Under the pieces are notes generated by a model. It did not search any database. It was not told the DNA's origin and saw nothing but the letters and a program-made list of their open reading frames with translations. Source: Eledone cirrhosa (Eukaryota). Taken from it: a stretch of 64,000 nt of DNA. How positions within the stretch are numbered: the first letter of the stretch is position 1; every line of letters starts with the position of its first letter. This document shows, piece after piece, positions 12,807-25,119 of this stretch. Location: positions 52,638,001-52,702,000 of the forward strand of contig OZ024750.1 in NCBI GenBank assembly GCA_964016885.1. Direction: 5' to 3'. Made by a program: the position numbers and the translations under genes.

Positions 12807-13054
12807 AAACTGTGGATTGGTTGACTCCTTTCATTGAGCCGTGTACGAAATGGGCTGGAATATCCTTAAGTAAAGCTCTTAACTGGGACAAAAGAGATTT
12901 AATTAAGATGAATAAAGCTAGTCTTTTAGAGTTCCGTAATTATCTTTTCTCTCGACAATGTGCTTTGCTGACTCTACTGAATCGTCCCTGGGAAATATCA
13001 GAGAGAGCTGTTGCCTATCTCCACAATACTGTACAAGAAATGAAAACATTAGAG
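12807..13054 (+). CDS. TRAPPC10: TRAPPC10 exon D
   Basis: ttcag|AAAC...AGAG|gtatac; DWLTPF...ASLLEFRNYLFSRQCALLTLLNRPWEISERAVAYLHNTVQEMKTLE. Confidence 0.95.
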
Positions 13055-13134
13055 GTATACTTATCATGTTTTTTGTATTTTGGTTTCAGCTCTGTTCCTA
13101 TTTTGGTTTAATGATTTTAAATTATATACATGAG

Positions 13135-13735
13135 AAAAAGCATCCAGTCCACACTGTGAGGTGGTTGTGCTGGTGACATGACAAGAAGCACCCAGTCCAC
13201 ACTGTGAGGTGGTTGTGCTGGTGACATAACAAAAAGCATCCAGTCTACACTGTGAGGTGGTTGTGCTGGTGACATAACAAAAAGCATCCAGTCCACACTG
13301 TGAGGTGGTTGTGCTGGTGACATGCAAAAAGCACCCAGTCCACACTGTGAGGTGGTTGTGCTGGTGACATAACAAAAAGCATCCAGTCCACACTGTGAGG
13401 TGGTTGTGCTGGTGACATAACAAAAAGCACCCAGTCCACACTGTGAGGTGGTTGTGCTGGTGACATGACAAAAAGCACCCAGTCCACACTGTGAGGTGGT
13501 TGTGCTGGTGACATGACAAAAATCACCCAGTCCACACTGTGAGGTGGTTGTGCTGGTGACATGACAAAAAGCATCCAGTCCACACTGTGAGGTGGTTGTG
13601 CTGGTGACATAACAAAAAGCATCCAGTCCACACTGAGGTGGCAGTGCTGGTGACATAACAAAAAGCACCCAGTCCACACTGTGAGGTGGTTGTGCTGGTG
13701 ACATTACAAAAAGCATCCAGTCCACACTGTAACAT
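13135..13735. repeat. 48-bp tandem array (about 12 copies) amplified from an internal SINE/RTE-tail motif
   Basis: Unit AAAAAGCACCCAGTCCACACTGTGAGGTGGTTGTGCTGGTGACATAAC; continues into an AGAAGGGCATCC...(GAT)n tail to about 13895. Confidence 0.9.
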
Positions 13736-14411
13736 GGTTCGTGTTAAGAAGGGCATCCAACGTAGAAGCCAAGCTGAAATACTGATGCTTCTGAGCAAGA
13801 TATGTTCTCTGGACCTGTCTTGTCTCATAACATGACAAACTGTCTAATCCATGCAAGTGTCGAAAATGGACATTAAACAATGATGATGATGATGAGATAA
13901 TTGTGATGATTTGGCAAAGTCATTAAAGCGTAGAACAGAATACCTTGCAGTATTTGTTCTGGCTCTCTGTGCTCTGCTCTGAGTTTAAATCCCACCAAAG
14001 TCAACCTTGTACCAGTCCAGTGCAGTTGATGGGAGATCTGAAAGAGCATTGGATGAGCGGGCTCTTCAGTTGAGTTAATCACTCAGTACACTCTGTAAGG
14101 TGGTTGGCTATAGAAAGGAAACTCTACTGTAGAAATCATGCAAAATCTGCAAAACAAAATGTTGGCAGGACACTTTAGTATTGTGAAAGTCATAACAACG
14201 TCCCTAGTGCTGATGTCATGATAAAAGGCTCTTGACAGAGTGTTGGATTGTATGTGAGATGCAGGTCTCTGACCCATCTCAGAGATCAGTAGCCCTGTTT
14301 GAATACTGTCTTGCTCTGTGAAAACCTGTCCAAACCTTACTAGCAAGGAGAATGGACATTAAATGATGATGATGATGTATAAGTATTTTTTCTCTATTGT
14401 TATTGTTTCAG

Positions 14412-14561
14412 ATTGAAATGCCAGAAGGTTCCCTTGCATGTTGGGTGTTTCTTAGTTGTCTTGAGGTGCTACGTACCAGTGACAAACTCAACAACTCTAC
14501 TGATAAACTTTCCAGCCATTCACTATATACTGCTAGTCTGTGGGATTATGCTCGGAAGAAA
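14412..14561 (+). CDS. TRAPPC10: TRAPPC10 exon E
   Basis: ttcag|ATT...AAA|gtaagt; IEMPEGSLACWVFLSCLEVL...SLWDYARKK. Confidence 0.95.
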
Positions 14562-14692
14562 GTAAGTGTTCGTCTTAAGTCCTGATTATATTATAGTCAC
14601 ATTAGTATACTAACATATGTAACACATGTACAATAACATACACAATATTAGTAGAGCAGTAATATGTGTTGTACATGTAGGGTTATAGAGTA

Positions 14693-16260
14693 ACAATACA
14701 AGCCATGTATAGAGGAACAGTCAGCAAGGTGAGAATTAACAACTATAGTGAACAATTTAGTGTACAGGTAGGTGGGCATCAGGGCTCCGTCCTTAGCCCA
14801 CTCCTTTTTATCATTGCCCTACAGGCTATAACAGAAGAGTTTAAGACTGGCTGCCCATGGAAACTTCTGTATGCAGATGAATCTGGCAGAATTAGAGAAG
14901 AAATTCCAAATATGGAAGCAAGGCCTAGAATCAAAAGGTCTTAGAGTCAACTTGTCTAAGACTAAAGTTTTAGTATGTAGAAAGGAAAATAGGGCCCAGA
15001 TTCTCTCTGGAAATGGCCATGCTCAGTGTGCAGGAAAGGAGTAGGTAGACATCCTATGTCCCAAATGCAAGCTATGGGTACATAAAAAATGTAGTGGGAT
15101 CACAGGCAGGCTATCAAAGAACAAGTTTTATATGTGGCCAATGCTCAGGTGCACTTAACGAGCAAATGCACACAGGATACTAGCTCCTTCAACTGCTCAG
15201 ATGGTTCTATAGAAATAGTAGATACTTTCCATTACCTGGGTGATGAAATTATCAATGGAGGAGGGTGTTCTGAAAGTACAGTAACCAGAGTTAGAATGGA
15301 ATGGAGACAGTTCAGAGAGCTTATACCGCTGTTGGCCACAAAAGGTTTTTTCCTGTAAATTGAAGGAAAGACTGTATGGTGCATGTATTCGAACAGCAAT
15401 GTTACATGGTAGTGAGACCTGCGAATTGTGTGCAAAGGATCTATGCAGATGAGAAAGAAATGAAGTATGCATGCTTCGATGGATGTGTAATAGAACGGAT
15501 GTGAATAGAATAGATGGATGTGTAATACATGAACGGAAAAGCGTAAATGAACTTAGTAGAAATTAGGCATAAGAGGGATCAGATGCAGTATACTAGAGAG
15601 GAGATTGTGTTGGTAGGGTCATGTGATGCGTATGAAGGCTGACAGCTGTATAAAAAGGTGCAGAGCAATCAAAGCTGATGGAAGCTATGGAGTCGGCAGA
15701 CCTGGGATGAAGTGATAAAAACTGACCTTGCAAAAGACAATGACACAGGACCGTTATCTCTGGTGTTATGTAGTAATACAGAAGACCTGCCTTCTCATAT
15801 GCAGGAGCTGAAGCATACATCTAGTATGCACCACCTTCCCTCCCATACATACACCTTCCACGGTGTAATAAACCCCACCCCTATATCTAGCTCCCCAGAT
15901 TCCCATGCATCTCCTCCACCCAAGTCCCCAGTTCACACTATAAAGTTACATAGAGCTACAACAATAAGCGGCCAGTCCACTCTGTAAAGTGGTTGTGTAG
16001 GTGTCACAACAAAAAGCACCCAGTACACACTGTAAAGTTGTCATGTAGGTGTCACAACAAAAAGCACCCATTCCACACAGTAAATGAGGTTGGCATCAGG
16101 AAGGGCATCCAGCTGTAGAAAACAAGCCAAAATCAGTTCTGTGTGAGCAAAATACGGACCTCTGACCTGTCTTGTCTCACAATTTGGCAGCTTGTCTCAC
16201 AATTTGGCAGCTTGTCTAACCCATACTAGCATGGAAGATGGACGTTAAACAACGATTATT
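14693..16260 (+). mobile_element. Degenerate RTE LINE 3' half
   Basis: HQGSVLSPLLF and LLYAD motifs, PHD-like Cys cluster, many stops and frameshifts. Confidence 0.85.
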
Positions 16261-16811
16261 ATACATGGGTTGAAAATAATTACTCCATGCTGCTTTAGCT
16301 TGATGCTAGTTTTTGAAGTTCCCTCTGGAAATAATCAGGTATATTGTATCATATACTAATTTCCAACTGTAATTTGTTCCATTTAGTACTGTAGATGATA
16401 ACCTCAGATGATTGTTTTGTGCCTCTCGTAACTTAATTAAAATCGATAGTTTGTGATTGATACTAGGTTACACAGGTCGTTTTTAGGTTGTGGCTCTACA
16501 AGACATGAAATAGCGCTATCAGGAACTTTATTGGTTCCATCTGGAGTACATATTTATCTTTGAAATATCTACTTTGTATATATACAATATATTGTATATA
16601 TACAATATATTGTGTATATACAATATATTGTATATATACAATATATTGTATATATACATTATATTGTATATATACAATATATTGTGTGTATGCAATATAT
16701 TACGCATAGTGGAGAGATGCTGTGCTGAATAGGACCCGTCTCACCCTTGAAAGCAGGGAAAAGTGGACGTAAAATGATCCTGATATATATATGTATGTAA
16801 ATATATAAGTT

Positions 16812-17816
16812 GAGGAATAACCAAAGAGTGCTTAGAAATACATTGTTTTATTAGCTAACAGTGTTTCATCCATACCCCGTGGCAGGAATCATCAGAGCCT
16901 ATAAACAAGAGTATATCAATAGTTGCATGCTCCATCAAGGTTAAAGGACCAGCAGGGGGTTCCCAAGGCCAGCGGTATATAGAAAAAGACAATACATGAC
17001 GCACATAATGTCATAAAAAATTACATCAAAGATTTATCACATAAATGGTGCAATAGATGATAAGGAGATGGGTGAGGGTAGCAAGGAATGAGTGAAGGTG
17101 TTACTCAGCATGATCAAAAACAATAAAAAAACAAAAAAAAACAAAACAAAGCAAAGCATAGATACATCAAAGAACAAGCAGTGCAAATACCGGGTGTACA
17201 GGCAGATTAAGAGAGCTTGGAAGCATGAGTCTGTGAGAAGAATAGTTGGTTAGCGGTGGTGCAGCTTTACATGTATGATTGTCTCTAGGAAGGATGGTGC
17301 ACTCCAGTTATATCGCCTTGTAACAGGTCGATTCTCCGTATCATATCAGCACCCTACGAACAACATCCATTGGTTCCAGTTCCGAGCGTTAGGCGAAATA
17401 ACACTATGTTTCCAAAACATATACCCAGGGGATTTATCCGCATAGGCAGTCTGCGATAAACACCTAAAATCTAAAATAAAATAAAGTACGATGAGTTGAA
17501 GGAAGGTAGGGTATATGTACAGCTGGCACACCAGTGAGGAAATTGAAAATACGACAGGTCCGCAATAACTGCTATCCCCCAAAGTCCTCACATTTGGTCA
17601 CTCAACCCAACGTCCCCAGTGAGATTTACTGTATGGCCAAGTCGGCATCGAACCAAAGTGTCATACCGTATACAATTATACCATTGATATACTCTTGTTT
17701 ATACCAATTGATATACTCTTGTTTATAAGCTCTGAAGATTCCTGCCATGGTGTATGGATGAAACACTGTTAGCTAATAAAACAATGTATTTCTAAGCCCT
17801 CTTTGGTTATTCCTAT
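16812..17816. mobile_element. Penelope-like element remnant with about 110-bp inverted termini containing hammerhead ribozymes
   Basis: 16812-16920 is the reverse complement of 17708-17816; cores CTGATGA (- strand) and CTGAAGA (+ strand) each followed by GAAAC. Confidence 0.65.
17728..17774 (+). ncRNA. Minimal type I hammerhead ribozyme, core intact
   Basis: AGCT-CTGAAGA-TTCCTGCCATGGTGTATGGAT-GAAACACTGTT-AGCT: helix I AGCT/AGCT, helix II TCC/GGA, helix III ACA/TGT, GUU cleavage triplet. Confidence 0.65.
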
Positions 17817-17949
17817 AACTATAACGGCTCTGTAGTATACTAGTTATCCTACATTGAGCTAAAACCACACTGTTATATCAAGGGCAATATATCTGCATGT
17901 CTGGGCATATTGATATACTTGTCAACGAAACTATATATATATATATATG

Positions 17950-18010
<61 letters not shown>

Positions 18011-18033
18011 GTGTATATATATATATGTATATA

Positions 18034-20172
18034 TCATCATCATCATTTTTCCTGCTTGCAAGCGTGGGGCGTGTCCTATTCAGCACAGCATCTCTCCATT
18101 TGTCACAGTCCTTCGTCATCTCCTCCGTGAGCCTCACCACCTCCGCCCATGTTTTCCGTGGTCTTCCTTAACTGCATCTTCCTTTTACTGGGATTTCTAG
18201 GCACTTCTTTTCCCAGCGGTCATCCTCCATGCGCATCACTTGGCCATGCCATCGCAGCTTTCTCACCCGTACACTACAGCCTATCACTCTTATACACAGT
18301 TTCTCTCTCAACTTGTCTATGCTTCGTCATTCACGCACATTGACATTGCACATCCAACGAACATGCTTGCTTCATTTCTCTCCAGCCGTTGCATATCTTC
18401 CACAGTTGCTGCCCATGTCTCACTACCATGCAGCATCGTGCATCTCACACAGGCATCATATAACCGTCCTTTGGTTCGTAGGGAGAAACCCTTCTTTGTC
18501 AACAGAAGAAGCAGCTCTCTAAACTTCTTCCAACCCGTCCTTATTCTGGATACTATGGCCTCAGAGCACCCTCCTTCCTTACTAATCACCTAGATACCAG
18601 AAGCTATCAACCAGTTCTATAGAACCCACCTGTATTTGAAAAATGTGTCTATCACTGTGACTACTACTGTCAAATTTCCCTGTACATCTACTGCATATAT
18701 AGTTTTCCCTGCCTGTTAGCTTGCCTGCTATCCCACTACATCTCTTGTGTACCCAGGATCTGCATTGTGTATATTTTATAGAATTTATGCCAACTCCTTT
18801 CCTACATATTTAACATGGCCATTTCCCTGATGGAATCGGAGTTTTGTCCTCTTTGCTACATATCAACACCTTTGTCTTAGCTAGATTTACTCTCAGTCTT
18901 CTTGATTCCAGCTGCTGTTCCATAGCCAAAATTTATGCTCCAGCTCCTCTACTGATTCTGCTATAAGTACCAGATCGTCAGCATAGAGAAGTTCCCACGG
19001 GCTGAGGACTGAACCCTGATGTACTCCTACTTGTGTCTGGAATTCCTCACTAAACTCCATTCCTACTCTCACTTTACTGACAGCACCTTTGTACAAAGTT
19101 TGCACTGTCCTCACAAGCCATTCCTCAACACCTAGTTTCCTTAGGGACCACCAGATGATAGATCGGTGTACCCTATCAATGGCCTTCTCTAGGTCACAAC
19201 AAAAGCTAAGTATAGTGGCTTATTCTTCTCTAAGAACCTCTCTTGTAGTTGTCTCACTAAGAAGAGGGCATCTGTTGTACATTTCCCAGGCACAAAACCA
19301 AACTGCATCTCATCTAATTTGACCCTTTCTCTAATTAATTGTGCTAATATCCTTTCTGCCACTTTCATAACCTCATCCATCAGTTTTATGCCTCTATAAT
19401 TGCTCCTCTCCAGAGCATCCCCTTTACCTTTGTAGCAATTTATGAGAATACTGCTGCACCAGTCTTTGGGTATGACACCACCATATATAGCCTGATTGAT
19501 GATGCGTGCAATCAGTTTAGTGCCTACGTCCCCTGATGCCTTCAGCATCTCAGCAACTATCCCCGACGGTCCAGCAGCCTTACCATTCTTCATTTCCTTA
19601 ATTGCCTCTTGTACCCTATATTCATCAATCTCAATAGCTGGTGCCTCTGTCAGGTCTACTGGGGGTAGTTTCTCTCTCTCCCATTCGTTCTCAACATTCA
19701 TCAGCCTCTTATAATAACATTTCCAGACCTCCTTTTTCTGATCATCAGTGACACTAAGTATACCTGCATAATTTTGGACGCACTTATCTCCAACAACATC
19801 TTGACTTACACTGACACACTGCTTTGCAATGCGGAACACCGCCTGTCTTTGATCTTCTCGTCGCAGAACATTAGCAAACCTCCTAATCTCAGCCTCCCTG
19901 CATGCTAAGTACATCTGACGTCTAGCTTCTCTTTCAGCGGATATGTATCGGTTCTACTCCCACCATTTTTCCAATCCTTCCATGCTAGTCTTTTGTCTCT
20001 AATGGCTATATCTACCATTATGTTCCACCACCAGGACACCCTCTGTCAGGTCGGAGCTCTGCTCTAGTCACAAGTTTCTTCAGTAGCCGGCAGTCAGTAG
20101 TCACATAAGAAATTCCAGTTATCATCTATGTCATACGATTCTAACTTATCTTCTTTTTCGTCATACACATCT
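18034..20172 (-). mobile_element. RTE LINE (subfamily A), 5'-truncated and degenerate
   Basis: ORF pieces 19189-19914 and 18317-18589 with RT motifs; (GAT)n tail. Confidence 0.9.
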
Positions 20173-20382
20173 CATTTTGTCTCTTGCTTATTGAGATGTC
20201 ATGAACGACTTACCTATACAGGGGGGGGGGGGGTACATTCTTCCCCGGCGTATGTCTTAGTATTTGACATCATCTGTCTTTGACACCATATATATATATA
20301 GATAAATAGATATAGTATATAACATATATATGTATATATATATATATATAGATAAATAGATATAGTATATAACATATATATG

Positions 20383-20468
<86 letters not shown>

Positions 20469-20514
20469 GAGAGAGAGAGAGAGATAGTATATAATATATA
20501 TATATATATATATA

Positions 20515-22746
20515 CCAATGTGTCAAGGAAAACAGTGATATTGTCGGGGAGAAGTGTGTACTTAACGATGACGGCGTATTGCCATCACCGACGCCGATAA
20601 GAAGGTAGCTTGGAAGTGTCACTATGAAAGGCTACTCAATGAGGAGAATAAATGGGAGAAAGACAGTCTCCCCCACATCGACCCAATAGAGGGACCAGCA
20701 GTGTTAGTCGAGGGGAGTAAAATAAGTAAGGCAATCAAAGATATGAAGACAGGCAAGGTGGCTGGGCCTTCGGAAATAGTTGCCGAGATGCTGAAGGCAT
20801 CTGGTACGGTGGGACACACCATGGTCACCCGGATAGTCAACCAAGTCATACAGAATGGGGCCGTTCCGAAGGACTGGCGTAGCAGCATCATCATTAACTG
20901 CTACAAGGGTAAAGGAGATGCTCTTGATAGGGGTAACTATAGAGGCATTAAATTAATCGACCAGGTCACAGAAAAAGTAATAGCGCAACTAATCAGAGAA
21001 CGAATTGATCTAGATGAAATGTAGTTCGGGTTTGTGTCAGGTAAAAGTACCACAGACGCTCTTTTCATTGTACGACAACTACAAGAGAAGTACCTAGCTA
21101 AAAGTAAACCCCTATACTTAGCTTTTGTTGACTTGGAGAAAGCCTTTGACAGAGTCCCCCGCTCCATTATCTGGTGGGCGCTTAGAAAATTAGGTGTTGA
21201 TGAATGGCTTGTGAGAGCTATACAAGCCATGTATAAAGAAACAGTCAGCAAGGTTAGAATTAACAACGAATATAGTGACGAGTTTAGTGTAAAAGTTGGG
21301 GTTCATCAGGGCTCTGTTCTTAGCCCCCTACTATTTATTATTGCCCTCCAGGCTATAACAGTGGAGTTCAAGACCGGCTGCCCATGGGAACTCCTATACG
21401 CAGATGATCTAACGCTCATAGCTGAATCAATGGCCGAGCTAGAGAAGAAATTCCAAACATGGAAGCACGGGCTAGAATCAAAAGGCCTTAAAATTAACCT
21501 GGCTAAGACTAAAGTTCTAGTTTGTAAGAAAGAAAATAAGGCGGCGGTCACCTCCGGGAAGTGGCCATGCGCAGAGTGTAGGAAAGGCGTAGGTAGAAAT
21601 TCCATTTTGTGTCCCAAATGCAAAGTTTGGGTTCATAAAAGATGTAGTGGGATCACAGGTAAGCTAACTAAGAACATAGATTTTACATGTGGCCGGTGTT
21701 CTGGGGCAATAAGTAGCAGCAAGTGCCCACAAAATACTAGCTCTTTCAACTGCGCAGAGGGTTCTATAGAAATAGTGGACAGCTTCCGTTACCTGGGTGA
21801 CAAAATCAGCAGTGGGGGAGGGTGCTCTGAAAGTACAGTAGCTAGAGTCAGAACTGGGTGGAAAAAGTTCAGAGAGCTTATACCTCTATTAGCCGCTAAA
21901 GGGTTCTCCCTAAAAATGAAAGGCAGGTTGTACGATGCCTGCATACGAACAGCAATGTTGCATGGCAGTGAGACCTGGGCATTGTGTGCAGAGGATATAC
22001 GCAGACTAGAGAGAAACGAAGCTTGCATGCTCCGCTGGATGTGTAATAGTAATATACGTGAACGACAAAGCATAAACGAACTAAGGAAAAAATTAGAAAT
22101 AAGAGGGATCAGATGTTGTTTACTAGAGAGAAGGCTACGTTGGTATGGTCACGTGATGCGCATGAAGGACGATAGCTGTATAACAAAGTGCAGGGCAATA
22201 AAGATAGACGGTAGCCACGGAATAGGCAGACCCAGAAAAACCTGGGACGAGCTGATAAACTCCGACCTCACACACTTACACCTCACCAAGACAATGTCAC
22301 TGGACCGAGACCTTTGGCGGTACTCAGTAATAGAGAAGACCCGCCTTACCTAAATACAAAGTAAAACCTACTACAGTCAGTAGGCATCTCTAACAAAATA
22401 CAACCCCGTCCCACCACCCCCACCCCATCCACACCGCCCCCTTCTATGTAAAGTTATGTTGGTGCCACACCATCCAGGCCGAAACAAATGAGATCGTGTA
22501 GGTGTCACGACAAAAAAACACACAGTCCACGCTGTAATGTGGCCGTGTAGGCAACACGGTAAAAACCTCCCAGACCCACACTGTAAATGTGGTTGGTGTT
22601 AGGAAGGGCATCCAACTGTAGAAAACCTGCCAGACAGTCCTATGCGAGCAAGACAATCACTCTTGCCTCAAGTGGGAAAACCCCCGTCCAAACCCATGCA
22701 AGCGTGGAACACGGACGTTAAACGATGATGATGATGATGATGATGA
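20515..22746 (+). mobile_element. RTE LINE (subfamily B), 5'-truncated, with a 439-aa open RT C-terminal part and long 3' UTR
   Basis: FVDLEKAFD, QGSVLSPLLF, LLYADD, PHD-like finger, HGSETW, GRPRKTW; ends in (GAT)n. Confidence 0.93.
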
Positions 22747-22833
22747 TATATAGAGAGAGATAGATAGTATATAACATATATATATATATAGATAGATAGT
22801 ATATAACATATATATATAGATATCGTATATAAC

Positions 22834-22868
<35 letters not shown>

Positions 22869-22895
22869 TAGATATAGTATATAACATATATATAT

Positions 22896-22947
<52 letters not shown>

Positions 22948-23135
22948 TATAACATATATATATATATATATATATATAGTATATAACATATATATATGAT
23001 ATATATATATGATATAACATATATATATATATATATATATAACCAAAGATTAATATGGTTCGTTGATTACTCAATGAATACAATTTTATAATAGATTAAA
23101 AGCACTCAACAGTTAAGTTTTCCTGGAGATTTTAA

Positions 23136-23431
23136 TATTATTCAAAATATTAACAAATGAAAGATATTCACATAATCAAAATATATACTTTATTATATAT
23201 ATTTCAAAGGCACTGTGTTGTTTTTTCAGTACGTCTTCATCAGATAAAATATATGATTGGCAATACTGGGATTGTATAATCAAGACCGTAGTGGTATGTC
23301 ATATATCAAATCATATATTTTATCTGATGAAGACGTACTGAAAAAACAACACAGTGCCTTTGGAATATATATAATAAAGTATATATTTTGATTATGTGAA
23401 TATCTTTCATTTGTTAATATTTTGAATAATA
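23136..23431. mobile_element. Inverted repeat (about 120-bp arms) with a degenerate hammerhead core; Penelope pLTR-like
   Basis: Arms are reverse complements; CTGATGA-AGACGTACT-GAAA at 23324-23343. Confidence 0.55.
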
Positions 23432-23534
23432 TAGATATAGATATAGATAGATATAGTATATAACGCACACATATATATATATATAGTATATAACATATAT
23501 ATATATAGTAAAAATATTTTCGAAACAGCGAGTT

Positions 23535-23773
23535 GATTTGAAATTATTAGAAATGTTAGCTATCGCCGTATTTTGACTAAAGAAATTAAAGAAATTATTC
23601 AGCTTGATAGTGGGGTTAAGAACCCTCGGAGAAATGGAAAAAGATGTGGGTTCGACTCCCATGTACGTCATCTTTTTCCATTTCTCCGAGGGTTCTTAAC
23701 CCCACTATCAGGCTGAATAATTTCTTTAATTTCTTTAGCCAAAATACGGCGATAGCTAACATTTCTAATAATT
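23535..23773. mobile_element. Palindromic copy of the tRNA-containing element (only the T-arm and acceptor half retained)
   Basis: About 105-bp arms similar to 6989-7071; centre GTGGGTTCGACTCCCATGTACGTCA. Confidence 0.7.
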
Positions 23774-24171
23774 TATATATATGTATATAACATAGATATA
23801 TATATATAACATAGATATATATATATAGATATAGTATATAGCATATATATATATAGATATAGTATATAACATATATATATATAGATATAGTATATAACAT
23901 ATATATATATATAGAGAGAGAGAGATATAGTATATAACATATATATATATATAGAGAGAGAGATATATAGTATATAACATATATATATATAGATATAGTA
24001 TATAACATATATATATATATATAGAGAGAGAGATATAGTATATAACATATATATATATAGATATAGTATATAACATATATATATATAGATATATGTATAT
24101 AACATATATATATATAGATATAGTATATAACATATATATATATATAGAGAGAGAGAGATATAGTATATAAC

Positions 24172-24204
<33 letters not shown>

Positions 24205-24214
24205 TATAGTATAT

Positions 24215-24257
<43 letters not shown>

Positions 24258-24414
24258 TATAACATACACTCACTGACACAGCAAAATGAAGCCTCCCGGC
24301 TTATCAAAGAGGTTGAGTATGTGAAGACCCATCCAACCCATTCTAGCAGGGAAGATATGATAAGTTTGTATAATATGAAATTAATTTGTTTCCTTTTTAT
24401 GAAGTAATTTTGAA

Positions 24415-24985
24415 TTGTACTACATGTGTCACAGAAGCATGTAGTACATGTGCCACAGAAACATGTGCTGCATGTGTCACAGAAACATATACTGCATGTG
24501 TCACAGAAACATGTGGTACATGTGTTGCAGAAACGTAGTACATGTGTCACAGAAACATGTGGTGCATGTGCCAAAGAAACATGTGGTGCATGTGCCAAAG
24601 AAACATGTGGTGCATGTGTGACAGAAACATATACTACATGTGCCACAAACATGTGATGTATGTGTCACAGAAACATGTACTACATGTCACAGAAACATGT
24701 AGTACTTGTGCCACAGAAGTGTGTAGTACATGTGCTACGTGTGTCACAAAAACGTGCTACACGTGCCATAGAAACACGTACCACATGTGTCACAGAAACA
24801 TGTGGTGCATGTATCACAGAAACATGTAGTACTTGTGTCACAGAAACATGTAGTACATGTATCACAGAAACATGTAGTGCTGGTGCCACAGAAACGTGTA
24901 GTACTTGTGTCAGAGAAACATGTGCCACATGTATCACAGAAACATGTAGTACATGTGTCACATATACTACCTGTGTCACAAACAA
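24415..24985. repeat. Minisatellite, about 24-bp unit ACATGTGTCACAGAAACATGTAGT
   Basis: Direct inspection; ends about 17 nt before the exon F acceptor. Confidence 0.9.
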
Positions 24986-25001
24986 CGAAACTGTTTTTCA
25001 G

Positions 25002-25119
25002 TTGAAAGAAGTTGGTGTGTTGTGTGGTTTGATGCCAGAGGTTTCATCTAAACCAACTTCTGAACAACTCAATAAAGTGGTGGACCTTCTGTTTGGGATG
25101 GGAATCAATGAAGAAGAAG
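25002..25119 (+). CDS. TRAPPC10: TRAPPC10 exon F
   Basis: ttttcag|TTG...GAAG|gtgagt; LKEVGVLCGLMPEVSSKPTSEQLNKVVDLLFGMG. Confidence 0.93.

Noticed and set aside
13055-14411. Donor GTATACTT, one mismatch from the U12 consensus
   Set aside because: It lacks +5 C, has no TCCTTRAC near the 3' end and has an ordinary pyrimidine tract, so it is treated as a weak U2 intron
22657-24652. Long YI/IY-rich ORFs
   Set aside because: Translations of (TA)n and related low-complexity repeats
24660-25001. Cys/Thr-rich ORF (TCVTETCS repeats, reminiscent of insect antifreeze protein) in frame with exon F
   Set aside because: It is a translation of the 24-bp minisatellite. The unit's AG dinucleotides fall in the wrong phase for this phase-0 intron, and homology to TRAPPC10 starts at the canonical acceptor at 25002.
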